Positions 51,106-62,101 are shown, counted from the stretch's first letter. The stretch is DNA of 64,000 nucleotides from Bacteroidaceae bacterium (GCA_017534535.1 JAFXVZ010000048.1:49286-113285); one strand, 5' to 3'. Numbers and translations are program-made. The notes: generated by a model from the letters alone, not told the origin.

Positions 51106-53555
51106 ATATGGCCGCATTTAGGGTGGGTGACACCCCTGCGACTATAGACTGGCTGTTGACAGACAGTCGCTCCCTCAGTTTTCCTGAGGCAACCCTGTTC
51201 TTTGCCTTGACGACAAAGCGCAACAGTGGCGCGCATTATATCAATGAACTCTATCAACGTGGAGTGAGAAATTTCGTGGTGGCTCGTCGCGACTATGGTG
51301 AGGTGGAATCACTCAAATTGCAGGATGCGAATATCTTGTTGGTGCCTGATACTTTGGTGGCTTTGCAGAAATTGGCGCAAACTCATCGCAAGCAATACCA
51401 GATTCCTGTAGTGGGTGTTACGGGCAGCAATGGAAAAACGGTGGTAAAAGAATGGCTGCATCAACTGTTGGGTCCTGATAGAATTATCGTGCGCTCACCA
51501 CGAAGCTATAACTCGCAGATTGGTGTGCCACTCTCTGTTTGGCAATTACACCCAGGTGCCCAATTGGCTATTTTTGAGGCAGGTATCTCTCAACCAGGAG
51601 AGATGGAAGCCTTACGTGACATTATACAACCTACCATCGGTGTGTTGACAAATATTGGTGGGGCTCATCAGGAGAATTTCTTCTCCCGTCAGGTGAAATG
51701 TATGGAGAAACTAACGCTCTTCCGTGATAGTGATGTGGTGATATATAATGCCGATGATGCTTTCATCAACAATTGCGTAAGCAATTCCATGTTGGCTACC
51801 CGCTCTATGGCTTGGAGTCGTAAGGATGCTGATCGCCCACTTTATATTAATAAGGTAGAGAAGGGTGAGGAGACCACTAAGATCAGCTATCGCTATCTTG
51901 ATATGACAAATCAGTACACCTTGCCTTTCATCGATGATGCTTCCATTGAGAACTCCCTGCATTGTCTGGCTGTATGTTGCTACTTGATGTTGCCACCTGA
52001 GCAGATTTCCGAGCGTATGGCGCATCTTGAACCTGTGGCGATGCGATTGGAGGTGAAGGAGGGAAAGAATGGCTGTCTGCTGATCAACGACAGCTATAAC
52101 TCCGACCTAACTTCGTTGGAGTTGGCGTTGGATTTCCTGTATCGTCGTTCTCAAGATAAGCAACTGAAGCGTACGCTGATACTGAGTGACATCCTGGAAA
52201 CAGGAAAGAAAGCTCATATTCTTTATAGTCAAGTGGCTGATTTGCTGAAGAGCAAGGGTATTCATCGAATCGTTGGCGTAGGGGAAGAAATTTCATCTTG
52301 TGCTGATGATTTTAGTATTGAGAAGGCTTTCTTCCCTAATACAAGTGAGTTATTGAAGGCTATCGACCAGCGTAAACTTAAGCTTTCTCAGGAGATAATC
52401 TTAATCAAGGGTGCCCGTAAGTTTGGTTTCGATGAATTGACAGAAGCCATTGAGAAGAAGGTACACGAAACGATATTAGAGGTAAATTTGGGCGCTTTGG
52501 TGGAAAACTTGAATTATTATCGTAGTCTGCTGAAACCCACTACCAAGATGGTGTGTATGGTGAAGGCATCGGCCTATGGAGCAGGTGCCATTGAGGTGGC
52601 TCGTACGTTGCAAGAACATCAGGTGGATTACTTGGCTGTGGCCGTGGCTGATGAGGGTGCAGAACTTCGTAAGGCTGGCATTCATGCCAATATTTTGATT
52701 ATGAACCCTGAGATGACGGCTTTTAAGACTATGTTTGATTATAAGTTGGAACCTGAGGTGTATAGTTTCCATTGGTTGGAAGCATTGATTGATGCTGCAG
52801 AGAAAGAAGGTATTACCAATTATCCTATACACATTAAACTGGATACTGGTATGCATCGTTTGGGCTTCGATCCAAGTGAGATACATGCTTTAATTCAACG
52901 GTTACAAAGTCAGAATGCTTTGATAGCTCGCTCTGTGTTCTCTCATTTTGTGGGTAGCGATTCAGAAGAGTTCGATGCTTTTACTTGTCGTCAAATGAAT
53001 ACTTTCCTCAAGGCATCCAATGAATTGCAGGCAGCCTTTCCACATAAGATTCTACGACATATCTGTAATTCTGCAGGCATTGAGCGATTCCCAAGCATTC
53101 AGCTAGATATGGTGCGTCTTGGCTTGGGGCTTTATGGCATAAACCCAATATCCAATGCTGTGATGCATAATGTGTGCACACTTACCACCACCATCTTGCA
53201 GACTCACGATGTGCCTGCTGACGAAACTGTGGGCTATAGCCGGAAGGGACACCTCACTCGTGCATCACGCATTGCTGCCATTCCTATCGGCTATGCCGAT
53301 GGATTGAACCGCAAGTTGGGTAACGGCCGTTGCTATTGTTTGGTGAACGGACAGAAGGCTCCGTATGTGGGTAATATTTGCATGGATGTGTGTATGATAG
53401 ATGTGACTGACATTGATTGCAAGGAAGGAGATAAGGTGGAAATCTTTGGTGACCATCTTCCTGTAACTGTACTGAGCGATGCTTTGGACACTATTCCTTA
53501 CGAGGTACTGACCAGTGTGAGTAACCGTGTGAAACGAATTTATTACCAAGATTAA
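51075..53555 (+). CDS. alr: Bifunctional MurF-like ligase / alanine racemase
   Basis: GVTGSNGKT and NDSYN motifs, then [18 protein letters not shown] and GYADG. Confidence 0.93.
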   Translation: MSYQIEQIALDMAAFRVGDTPATIDWLLTDSRSLSFPEATLFFALTTKRNSGAHYINELYQRGVRNFVVARRDYGEVESLKLQDANILLVPDTLVALQKLAQTHRKQYQIPVVGVTGSNGKTVVKEWLHQLLGPDRIIVRSPRSYNSQIGVPLSVWQLHPGAQLAIFEAGISQPGEMEALRDIIQPTIGVLTNIGGAHQENFFSRQVKCMEKLTLFRDSDVVIYNADDAFINNCVSNSMLATRSMAWSRKDADRPLYINKVEKGEETTKISYRYLDMTNQYTLPFIDDASIENSLHCLAVCCYLMLPPEQISERMAHLEPVAMRLEVKEGKNGCLLINDSYNSDLTSLELALDFLYRRSQDKQLKRTLILSDILETGKKAHILYSQVADLLKSKGIHRIVGVGEEISSCADDFSIEKAFFPNTSELLKAIDQRKLKLSQEIILIKGARKFGFDELTEAIEKKVHETILEVNLGALVENLNYYRSLLKPTTKMVCMVKASAYGAGAIEVARTLQEHQVDYLAVAVADEGAELRKAGIHANILIMNPEMTAFKTMFDYKLEPEVYSFHWLEALIDAAEKEGITNYPIHIKLDTGMHRLGFDPSEIHALIQRLQSQNALIARSVFSHFVGSDSEEFDAFTCRQMNTFLKASNELQAAFPHKILRHICNSAGIERFPSIQLDMVRLGLGLYGINPISNAVMHNVCTLTTTILQTHDVPADETVGYSRKGHLTRASRIAAIPIGYADGLNRKLGNGRCYCLVNGQKAPYVGNICMDVCMIDVTDIDCKEGDKVEIFGDHLPVTVLSDALDTIPYEVLTSVSNRVKRIYYQD

Positions 53556-53590
53556 AGAGAAATAGTATTAACAATTTAAATAATAGAATT

Positions 53591-53806
53591 ATGGAAAACT
53601 TACTTTTAATGTTTATGCCTTCGGGCTCAGAGTGGATTATTATTGCGTTGATTATCCTGTTATTGTTTGGTGGCAAGAAAATTCCTGAATTGATGAAGGG
53701 GCTTGGCAAAGGCGTTAAGAGCTTCAAGGACGGTGTCAATGAGGCAAAGAACGAGATTAATGACGCTACAAAGGAACTGGAAGACAAGGAAACCAAGAAA
53801 GATTGA
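53591..53806 (+). CDS. tatA: Twin-arginine translocase TatA
   Basis: TM helix followed by [23 protein letters not shown]. Confidence 0.93.
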   Translation: MENLLLMFMPSGSEWIIIALIILLLFGGKKIPELMKGLGKGVKSFKDGVNEAKNEINDATKELEDKETKKD

Positions 53807-53831
53807 GCTTATTGACGATTGACAATTAGAT

Positions 53832-53897
53832 AAACTTGGTTAAGTCTCAACATAGAGTCGATGCAAGCATCGCTCTAAGTTCGACACGCACAAGTTT
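53832..53897. repeat. REP/MITE-like long imperfect hairpin between tatA and tatC, flanked by heptamer repeats
   Basis: Nested arms aaacttg/caagttt, tagag/ctcta and cgatgc/gcatcg. Confidence 0.6.
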
Positions 53898-53944
53898 TGA
53901 CGACTGACATTTTTTCATTGTTCATTCTTCATTACTCTTTTATT

Positions 53945-55912
53945 ATGGAAGACAGAGAATTAACGTTTTGGGAACACCTGGATGTTCTCCGATGGGCTCT
54001 TGCCCGTATTGTGGGATTGTGGTTTGTGTTGGCGATAGGTTTCTTCATCGCCATGCCCTACATTTTCGACCCTGTTATCATGGGGCCGTGCCACGATAAC
54101 TTTGTCTTCTATGGTTTTCTACGAAAGATAGGTGAGGTGTTCAATCTGACGGGTGACTTCTTTACCCAGCGGTTTGACATCAAACTGCAAAACATCAACT
54201 TAGCTGCGCCTTTCTTTGTGCATCTCACCACATCATTCGTGCTCTCCATCGTTATCTTGGTACCTTATATTTTTTGGGAAATCTGGATGTTCATTCGTCC
54301 AGCTCTCTATCCTAATGAGGCTGCTGGGGTAAGTAAAGCTTTGTTGTTGGGCAACGTGATGTTCTATATCGGTATGGCTGTGGGCTATTTTATGGTCTAT
54401 CCGTTGGCACTACGTTTCCTCGCCACCTACGATTTGAGTGATAATATTGACACTCTCATATCATTAAACTCTTACATCGACAATTTCATGATGCTGACAT
54501 TGGCAATGGGTATCGCTTTTGAGTTGCCTTTGGTAACGTGGCTGCTCTCACTCTTTGGCTTGCTTACCCGTAGCACTTTGCGTGAATATCGACGTCATGC
54601 CATCGTTGTGATAGTCATAGCTTCTGCCATCATTACCCCAACGGGTGATCCATTTACGCTGACAGCTGTAGCATTGCCTCTTTATGCCCTTTATGAACTG
54701 AGTATTTTTATGATCAAGGAGCAAAAAGACGAGGATGAAGAAGAGTCGGAATTGAATAAGACTAACTCTAAAGACAAACCTGATGGCCCTAAACCCGCTT
54801 TGGAAAAGAAGCCTGATGGAGGTGGTAGTCCTGATGCTCCTGATGCCGAGGCTAAGCAAATAAAGCCAGAGGAGAGGAATATCAAAGAGACGTTCCGTCT
54901 GCAACGTGAAGCTGCCGAACAGGCAAAGATTGAAGCCAAAAACAAGGCACTGCAAGAACGCATAGACAAGGCAGCTGTTGCTACTACTGTGACTGGTGCT
55001 GCTATAGAAACGACAGAAGCAGCCGATGGTACGGTTAAGGAATTGACTGCCAATACAGAACCGTCAGTAAAGGATGCTTTGGCTGAAGCTAAAGAGGCTA
55101 CTGCTGAGGTGGTCAAGAAAAAGAAGAAGATACGTGAGCCTCGCATGGTTATCATCAACGATGAAATCTATTGGGAGGAAGGACCTGAGATTGAGGTGGA
55201 TGACGATGAACCGTCACCTGAAGAGCAGAAGGCAGAAGAACAGCCTAAAACTTCGGAACAGCAAAATTCAAAGGATTTGCCACAAGAAGAGAAGGGCACT
55301 GCTGGCAATACATCGGTTGATGCTTCAGAGGAAGTTACCACTGAAGCCTCTCCTGAAGAAGTTCCAACTGAAGTCTCAACGGAAGAAACGCCTATGGATA
55401 CTGCTACTGAAGAAGTGCCAGCAGATACTACTCCGACTGAAACACCTGTTGAAGATTCTTCCTGGGAGAATCCTTACCAAGAGGAGGTCATCGATAAGCC
55501 TGAAGCTTTGCAAACGCCTTATTACGATGATCCAGAGGCGATGCCTGACCTCAGCAACTATTATGCCGAGTCACAACGTCAAATAGCAGAAGATGAGGTT
55601 GCTGAGGCATTGACTAATATTCCAAAAGATGTTGCGTCTTTAGCCGAAGCCATCCCTTCAAGCCCATCAGCTTCATTGAGTTCATCCACCAATGATATTG
55701 TGGAACAAGCTCGATTGGCTGCAGAGAATGCCCGCAAGGCTGCAGAGCAGGCAGTGAAAGCTGCACAGGAGGCTGCTCGTATAGCCGAAGAGACAGCCAA
55801 GGCTGCAGAACAAGCTGCAAAGGCTGCTGCTGAAGAGGCGGCTAAGGCTGCAGCGAACCCTCTTATCGATGTCAGTGGCATTCGTTATGACTACGGCAGA
55901 TATACTCAGTAA
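53945..55912 (+). CDS. tatC: TatC with a long acidic, Ala-rich C-terminal extension
   Basis: FWEHLDVLR, FIRPALY, FELP and IITPTGDP motifs, followed by ~390 aa of low-complexity sequence in frame. Confidence 0.9.
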   Translation: MEDRELTFWEHLDVLRWALARIVGLWFVLAIGFFIAMPYIFDPVIMGPCHDNFVFYGFLRKIGEVFNLTGDFFTQRFDIKLQNINLAAPFFVHLTTSFVLSIVILVPYIFWEIWMFIRPALYPNEAAGVSKALLLGNVMFYIGMAVGYFMVYPLALRFLATYDLSDNIDTLISLNSYIDNFMMLTLAMGIAFELPLVTWLLSLFGLLTRSTLREYRRHAIVVIVIASAIITPTGDPFTLTAVALPLYALYELSIFMIKEQKDEDEEESELNKTNSKDKPDGPKPALEKKPDGGGSPDAPDAEAKQIKPEERNIKETFRLQREAAEQAKIEAKNKALQERIDKAAVATTVTGAAIETTEAADGTVKELTANTEPSVKDALAEAKEATAEVVKKKKKIREPRMVIINDEIYWEEGPEIEVDDDEPSPEEQKAEEQPKTSEQQNSKDLPQEEKGTAGNTSVDASEEVTTEASPEEVPTEVSTEETPMDTATEEVPADTTPTETPVEDSSWENPYQEEVIDKPEALQTPYYDDPEAMPDLSNYYAESQRQIAEDEVAEALTNIPKDVASLAEAIPSSPSASLSSSTNDIVEQARLAAENARKAAEQAVKAAQEAARIAEETAKAAEQAAKAAAEEAAKAAANPLIDVSGIRYDYGRYTQ

Positions 55913-58900
55913 AGAAGCCTACGACTTGCTTTTGGCTGCATGTCATTGTGCCAATCAAGAATTGTCACAGGCATATTACCAATTGCGACAATTACTGGAG
56001 CGTGTTTGTCAGTGGCAGATGGAAGATTCTTCCTTGCAGCTTACAGACCTATCTGCACGCATCACATACGTAGCTTCCAAACACCAACTTTCTATTGCTG
56101 AACAAAATCGTCTGCATACTTTCCGCTTGACTTCCAATGCCATTTTGAATGAAATGGTTACGCCTAAGCGTGAAGACTTGCTGCGAGATGCCAAGACATT
56201 GGCATTTCTTATACAGAAGCTTACGCATGTGGCTATTTCTGAAGAGTTGAAAGTTGTCTTACCAACAGCAGACACCACTTTCCATGCAATGCCTCCATCT
56301 GTCGAAAAGGTGAAGCAAATGAGGGTGACTTTCCTGTATCGCGATGAACATTTCCTCTATGTACAACCTGCTGATTATTTGCCCGGTGAGCCTCTCAAGG
56401 TGCAATATGGACTGGCTAATGTGAATGAAGAGTTTGATGAGACCATCGAACTTCTCTGGCCAAATGCACAACTGAACCTCTTGGATGTGGTCATTAATGA
56501 AGATGGTATATTGACACCTATGCTTATTGTCCTCGAACCTGATTACCTGATGGATGTGAGTTCGCTGGCAGAGTGTTTCAAGAACTATGGGCATCATCCT
56601 GCTAACTACTTGATGGCTCGACTTACGCCTGCTGAGAATACACAACCTTTGGTACTGGGTAACATCGCCAATGCATTCTTGGACGAGTGGATTTACAATG
56701 ATGCACCAGATTATCGAGAGAGTATGATGAAGGCTTTTCGCCAGCATCCTCTCAGCATCTCTGCTTGTCTGGATTTGCAGCGATTAGAGAATGCCAGAAA
56801 GTTCAGTGATGATTGCCAGAAGCACTTCAACAACATTCGACAGACGGTTTGTACTACTTTCAATGAACCTGGATATCAGTTGGATAAATCAGATGCTGTA
56901 TTGGAACCTTCTTATATCTGCGAGGCGTTGGGTATTCAAGGCCGTTTGGACTATATGCAGCGTGACATGACTTCTTTCATTGAAATGAAGTCGGGTAAGG
57001 CTGATGAGTTTACTATGCCTGGACGTATCTTGCCGCAAGAGAACAATAGAGTGCAAATGCTACTTTATCAGGCTATGTTGGAATACACTATGGGCATCGA
57101 CCATCACGAAAGCAAGGCATATCTGCTCTATACCAGGTATCCATTGCTTTATCCTGCACGCCCTTCTTGGGCGATGGTGCGCAGGGTCATTAACCTGCGA
57201 AACCGTATTGTGGCAACTGAATATCAGGTGCAAGCACATGGGGATGAGGATTATACAGCTGAGGTCTTGGCACAGATTAATCCCCAGACGCTTAATGAGA
57301 ATCATCTTGACAATAAGCTTTGGCGACAGTTTCTAGAGCCCCAGATTGCTGCCTTTCAACAGAGTATTCAGAATCTGTCTTCTCTTGAGCGTGCTTACTT
57401 TTACACGCTCTACAACTTCATAACACGTGAACTTTATACATCCAAGACAGGAGGGAACTATGACTATGAAGGACGTAAAGGTCAATCCATGCAATGGCTT
57501 TCCACTTTTCAAGAGAAATCTGAGGCAGGTGAAATTGTAGCTGATCTTAACATCATTGAGAATCATGCCAGCGATTTGATAGCTCCTTATTTATTACTGA
57601 AATCTGTCAATGGTCAACGATTCACAGTCAACTTTCGGCAAGGCGATGTTATTGTCCTTTACCGTCGTGATACTCCTGATGCCAACGTCACTAACCAATT
57701 GCTTTTCAAGGGTTCCATTGAAGAGATCAATTCTGATGGTAGTTGGAAGATTACCTTGCGCCAACCTCAACGTAATGCCAAAGTACTGCCCCTTGATAGT
57801 TCCTACGCTATGGAGCACGACTTTATGGATACCTCTTTCCGCACTCAATTCCAAGGTCTTGGCCTCTTCCTGCGTGCTACTCAACAACGTAGGGATTTGT
57901 TATTGGCTCAGCGAAAACCTGCCTATGATAGTCAATATGATCAAGCCATTTCAGAAGCCAAAGATGACTTTGAACGCATCACCCTCAAAGCTTTGGCTGC
58001 AAAAGATTATTTCCTCTTAGTGGGGCCCCCAGGTACAGGCAAAACCTCTATGGCTCTGCGTAGTATGGTGGATGCTTTCCTTCAACGTGGGAACCAGATT
58101 CTTTTGCTGAGCTATACCAATCGTGCTGTGGATGAAATCTGCAAGATGCTCACCAAACTTCAGGTTAATTATATCCGTATTGGCACTGCTGTTACGTGTT
58201 CGGAACCCTATCGTCCTTATCTTATCGAACAAGTGATGGCCACTTGTGCCAATCGCCAACAGGTGTTGAAGAAAATTACTGATTGCCAGATTATTGTTGG
58301 TACAGTTGCCACCCTTTCTGCTCGTACATCCTTGTTCAGTATCAAGCATTTTGACGTGGCATTGATAGATGAGGCTACTCAGATCTTGGAACCACAACTT
58401 TTGGGTTTGCTTTCCATCAAGGATGTCAATGGCAACGATGCCATCAGTAAGTTCATCCTCATTGGCGACCACAAACAGCTACCAGCTGTGGTTCAGCAAT
58501 CCGCTTCTGTTTCAGAGGTCAGTAACCCCAATCTTCGTGCCATTGGTCTCACTAACCTCAAAGATTCCCTCTTTGAACGACTGTATAGAAATCAATCGTC
58601 AATCGACATGTTGACCAAGCAGGGGCGCATGCACCCCGATGTCGCTCTGTTTCCCAACGAAGCCTTCTATGAAGGTAAACTACAACCTGTTGGCTTGCCA
58701 CATCAAATAGAAAAGATGGGAAAGCGAGTTTCTTTCTATGCTTCAGTTCCAGAAGATCCTTTATGTTCTCATAAGGTCAATCACGATGAAGCCAGAATAG
58801 TTGCCCAATTGGCAGAAGCCATCTATCGCCAAACAGAGGACTTTGACGCACAACATACCTTGGGCATCATCACTCCTTATCGCAGTCAGATAGCTTTGAT

Positions 58901-59192
58901 TAGAAGTGAACTCTCTAGGCTGGCTATTCCTGCATTAAATGATATTTCTATCGATACAGTTGAGCGATACCAGGGTAGTGAGCGAGACATTATTATCTAT
59001 AGTTTTTGTGTTAATCGATCTTGGCAGTTGAATCAGCTCAGCAATTTGATGGAAGAAAACGGACATCTGATAGACCGTAAGCTCAATGTTGCCCTCACTC
59101 GTGCCCGTAAGCAGCTGTTCCTTACCGGTGTCCCACAACTCCTGCACCAACATCCTCTCTTTCACCGATTGTTGCAGTGTTTTGACGCATAG
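55887..59192 (+). CDS. Dna2/Upf1-like superfamily 1 helicase with a PD-(D/E)XK-type nuclease region
   Basis: GRLD...IEMKSG; GPPGTGKT; DEATQ; GDHKQL; TVERYQGSERD; NVALTRAR. Confidence 0.88.
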   Translation: MTTADILSKEAYDLLLAACHCANQELSQAYYQLRQLLERVCQWQMEDSSLQLTDLSARITYVASKHQLSIAEQNRLHTFRLTSNAILNEMVTPKREDLLRDAKTLAFLIQKLTHVAISEELKVVLPTADTTFHAMPPSVEKVKQMRVTFLYRDEHFLYVQPADYLPGEPLKVQYGLANVNEEFDETIELLWPNAQLNLLDVVINEDGILTPMLIVLEPDYLMDVSSLAECFKNYGHHPANYLMARLTPAENTQPLVLGNIANAFLDEWIYNDAPDYRESMMKAFRQHPLSISACLDLQRLENARKFSDDCQKHFNNIRQTVCTTFNEPGYQLDKSDAVLEPSYICEALGIQGRLDYMQRDMTSFIEMKSGKADEFTMPGRILPQENNRVQMLLYQAMLEYTMGIDHHESKAYLLYTRYPLLYPARPSWAMVRRVINLRNRIVATEYQVQAHGDEDYTAEVLAQINPQTLNENHLDNKLWRQFLEPQIAAFQQSIQNLSSLERAYFYTLYNFITRELYTSKTGGNYDYEGRKGQSMQWLSTFQEKSEAGEIVADLNIIENHASDLIAPYLLLKSVNGQRFTVNFRQGDVIVLYRRDTPDANVTNQLLFKGSIEEINSDGSWKITLRQPQRNAKVLPLDSSYAMEHDFMDTSFRTQFQGLGLFLRATQQRRDLLLAQRKPAYDSQYDQAISEAKDDFERITLKALAAKDYFLLVGPPGTGKTSMALRSMVDAFLQRGNQILLLSYTNRAVDEICKMLTKLQVNYIRIGTAVTCSEPYRPYLIEQVMATCANRQQVLKKITDCQIIVGTVATLSARTSLFSIKHFDVALIDEATQILEPQLLGLLSIKDVNGNDAISKFILIGDHKQLPAVVQQSASVSEVSNPNLRAIGLTNLKDSLFERLYRNQSSIDMLTKQGRMHPDVALFPNEAFYEGKLQPVGLPHQIEKMGKRVSFYASVPEDPLCSHKVNHDEARIVAQLAEAIYRQTEDFDAQHTLGIITPYRSQIALIRSELSRLAIPALNDISIDTVERYQGSERDIIIYSFCVNRSWQLNQLSNLMEENGHLIDRKLNVALTRARKQLFLTGVPQLLHQHPLFHRLLQCFDA

Positions 59193-59363
59193 CTATACTT
59201 ATGACTATTTATTCCTGCACACTTATCCAAGTTTTTCCTTGTTTTCTGTGCATTTTTTTTAGTAGTTTTCACAGGCAAAATAGCCCATCTTCTTGCAGAT
59301 ATCAAGATTTTTTCTGAACTTTGTGACAAAGTTGCACATATCAACGATGGTATTATTAATATA

Positions 59364-60557
59364 ATGAGAGATAAGAAGAACATTTTGCTTTTGTCCATTT
59401 GGACAATGATCCTGATGTGCTGCTACTCCTGTGGAGGAAATGGCAAACCCATCAGTGGAGACAATTACTATGTGTGTGCCTACGTTTGGCCTTCCTGCCA
59501 TGATGACTCGCTCGGACACAAATACCTTTGGCCGCAAGGTGAAGGAGAATGGGAAGTCATCAAGCAGGGCAATCCGCGCTTCCCTGGCCATTATCAGCCG
59601 AAGCAGCCTCTCTGGGGGTACGGGCACGACGATGACCCTAAGGTGGTGGAGAAATGGATAGACACAGCCCTGAAGTATGGTGTTAACACCTTTGTCTATG
59701 ACTGGTACTGGTTTATGGACTATCCTTATCTGGAAGGTGCTCTCAACGATGGTTTCCTTGGTGCCAAGAACAATGGTAAAATGAACTTCTACATCATGTG
59801 GGCCAATCATGAAGTGAAGAAGAACTACTGGAACTATCACCTTCATGGTGATGACACTTCTCTCCTTTTCGACCCGAAAGTGAACATGGATCAGTTCAAG
59901 ACAATTGTGGCAAGAGTTATCAAACAATATTTCAAGAAGAAGAACTATGTGAAGATTGACGGATGTCCTGTATTTGGCATCTTTGACATGAATCAGTTCG
60001 TCAAAAGTTTCGGTACGATAGACGAGGCCGCCAAGGCGATGGAATACTTCCGTGCCGAAGTGAAGAAAGCTGGTTTCAAAGGGCTCCACATCCAGGAGAA
60101 CAGCGGCGGCGGCAGTTTCCTGGCAGAAGACTTCATCAAAGCCCAGCAGGAACGTATCGACAAGCTCGGCATCAACAGCCACGCATTCTATAATATGGGC
60201 GGTTTCGTCCCAGATTACCTTACCTACGGCGCCAACGCTATCCAGATACGTGAGCAATGGGAAAAAGCATTCAGCATCCCAGTCTTTCCCACAGTTTCCA
60301 TCGGATGGGACGACACACCCCGTTTCCCTGCTAAGGGAGAGAACGACATCACGCGTTTCAACCAAACACCGCGTGCCTTCGAATCTTTCCTTGAAGTGGC
60401 CAAAAAGTATGTTGATGAGCATCCTCAGCAGCCTCCCTTCATCATGATAAATGCTTGGAACGAATGGGTGGAAGGAAGCTATCTGCTGCCCGACCGTTAT
60501 TTCGGCTTCGGCTATTTGGAGGCTGTTCAGCACGTTTTTCGTGTAAATAGCAATTGA
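59364..60557 (+). CDS. WbsX / GH99-like glycoside hydrolase lipoprotein
   Basis: P.WGY, YDWYW, MWAN, GWDDTPR and INAWNEW.EGSYL.PD motifs; Cys-containing signal peptide. Confidence 0.8.
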   Translation: MRDKKNILLLSIWTMILMCCYSCGGNGKPISGDNYYVCAYVWPSCHDDSLGHKYLWPQGEGEWEVIKQGNPRFPGHYQPKQPLWGYGHDDDPKVVEKWIDTALKYGVNTFVYDWYWFMDYPYLEGALNDGFLGAKNNGKMNFYIMWANHEVKKNYWNYHLHGDDTSLLFDPKVNMDQFKTIVARVIKQYFKKKNYVKIDGCPVFGIFDMNQFVKSFGTIDEAAKAMEYFRAEVKKAGFKGLHIQENSGGGSFLAEDFIKAQQERIDKLGINSHAFYNMGGFVPDYLTYGANAIQIREQWEKAFSIPVFPTVSIGWDDTPRFPAKGENDITRFNQTPRAFESFLEVAKKYVDEHPQQPPFIMINAWNEWVEGSYLLPDRYFGFGYLEAVQHVFRVNSN

Positions 60558-60619
60558 ATTGTAAATCATTGCTCTCAACTTTTCGTAACTTTAAAAAAGA
60601 AAACAAAATCATAATCAAG

Positions 60620-61444
60620 ATGAAAAAAATAATACTACTTCTCCCCGCTATCTTGCTTTTATCGTTGCCTCTACAGGCCCAGGAGCAAGGAAACCGACCT
60701 ACACCTGAACAAATTCAGGCTTATTTAGCCTCTCTTCGTCCCGAACCCGAGAAACACTACCTGGTTCCTGATGCTGAGGCAGCCAAAGAAAGTCCTTATA
60801 AGGGCTTTGCCAACTATGGAAAACGTATTGCCGTATTCGGCGGATCATTATCTGTCAATAACGAGTCTGATGCTGCCAAGCAGCAATGGGCCAACCAATT
60901 AGGAGCTGAGGTCATTACATACGGCGTAGGTGGTGCCGGCTTTTCCATCGAACAGGGTTGCTCGCTTCAGAAGCAGGTAGATGAGGCAGGCGTATTTGAT
61001 ATCTATATACTCTGGGCTTCTACGAATGACTATGTCAACAGCCGTCCTTGTGGCAGTCCGCTGGATTACACTGCCTTAGACAACTACGACGAGAGTAAGC
61101 TTAACACCCAATGCGGTGGCATCAATTACTGCATCAAAAAGTTGCGTGAAAAGAACCCACAGGCCAAGATTTACTTCTTCACCTCCCTCCGCTTCTTCGG
61201 TCAAGATGCTGGTCACAACCCCTTCTCAACGGAGCCCAATCTTACTGGTCAAACCTTTGCTCAGTATGTGGATGCCCAGAAGGCATGCTGTGCTTATCAT
61301 GGTGTTCCTGTCTTAGATCAGTTCAGTTTGCAGGATGTTGATGAGCATAATTTTGAATTGTTCTATCAGAGAGACAAGCTGCACATGAACGAAGATGGCT
61401 ATCGTCGCATCGCTCCCTTGCAAGTCAGCTTTCTGGCTCAATAA
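60620..61444 (+). CDS. SGNH/GDSL-type esterase
   Basis: FGGSLS, ASTND and DKLH motifs; signal peptide. Confidence 0.75.
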   Translation: MKKIILLLPAILLLSLPLQAQEQGNRPTPEQIQAYLASLRPEPEKHYLVPDAEAAKESPYKGFANYGKRIAVFGGSLSVNNESDAAKQQWANQLGAEVITYGVGGAGFSIEQGCSLQKQVDEAGVFDIYILWASTNDYVNSRPCGSPLDYTALDNYDESKLNTQCGGINYCIKKLREKNPQAKIYFFTSLRFFGQDAGHNPFSTEPNLTGQTFAQYVDAQKACCAYHGVPVLDQFSLQDVDEHNFELFYQRDKLHMNEDGYRRIAPLQVSFLAQ

Positions 61445-61476
61445 CAATGTATATGATAACACTAAATAATAAAATT

Positions 61477-61875
61477 ATGAATGAAGTACTAGCTTATTTG
61501 AAAGAATGTGGTGCATTCTTCCTTGCTACCAACGAGGGAGACCAGCCCCGTGTGCGTCCCTTTGGCGCAGTGGAAATTATTGATGGCCGTCTGTACATCA
61601 TGACGGGCAAAGTGAAAGATGTATTCAAGCAGATGGATGCGAATGCCAAGATTGAGATTTGTGGCATGAAGGCATCCGGTGCTGAGTGGATGCGCCTGTG
61701 TGGCAAGGCAGTGAATGACGATACCTTGTCAGTAAAAGAAAGGTTCCTTGAACTGAATCCAGAATTGAAGTCAATGTATAAAGCAGATGATGGCAACATG
61801 GCAGTGCTCTACATCACCGATGCCACTGCTACCTTCTATTCGTTTACTGAAGCTCCGAAAGTTATCAGCTTCTAA
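61477..61875 (+). CDS. Pyridoxamine 5'-phosphate oxidase-like FMN-binding protein
   Basis: FFLAT.EGDQPRVRPFG. Confidence 0.85.
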   Translation: MNEVLAYLKECGAFFLATNEGDQPRVRPFGAVEIIDGRLYIMTGKVKDVFKQMDANAKIEICGMKASGAEWMRLCGKAVNDDTLSVKERFLELNPELKSMYKADDGNMAVLYITDATATFYSFTEAPKVISF

Positions 61876-62101
61876 GAAAGCAGAATCTTGCAAGTAGCAA
61901 AATGTCTGTTTGGTTATTACAAGCCCAAAGTTTGGTTGTTCCAAATTATGGGCTTACTTATTGATGAGATTGAGATAATTAATGTGAGCTCGTCGAGTTT
62001 AATTATCTAAGAATTTGATGATATATCTTAGTGTGTCTTTATGATAGAGCTGCACTGGCAGATGCATTGGTTTCCAGGGTCACACATTGCTATAGCGACA
62101 C

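Noticed and set aside
51075-53555. MurF-Alr fusion as a novelty
   Set aside because: It is a well-known Bacteroidetes fusion in its usual GSCFA-tatAC-helicase context.
59259-60578. 439-aa minus-strand ORF
   Set aside because: It is the antisense shadow of the WbsX/GH99-like gene and has no recognisable motifs.
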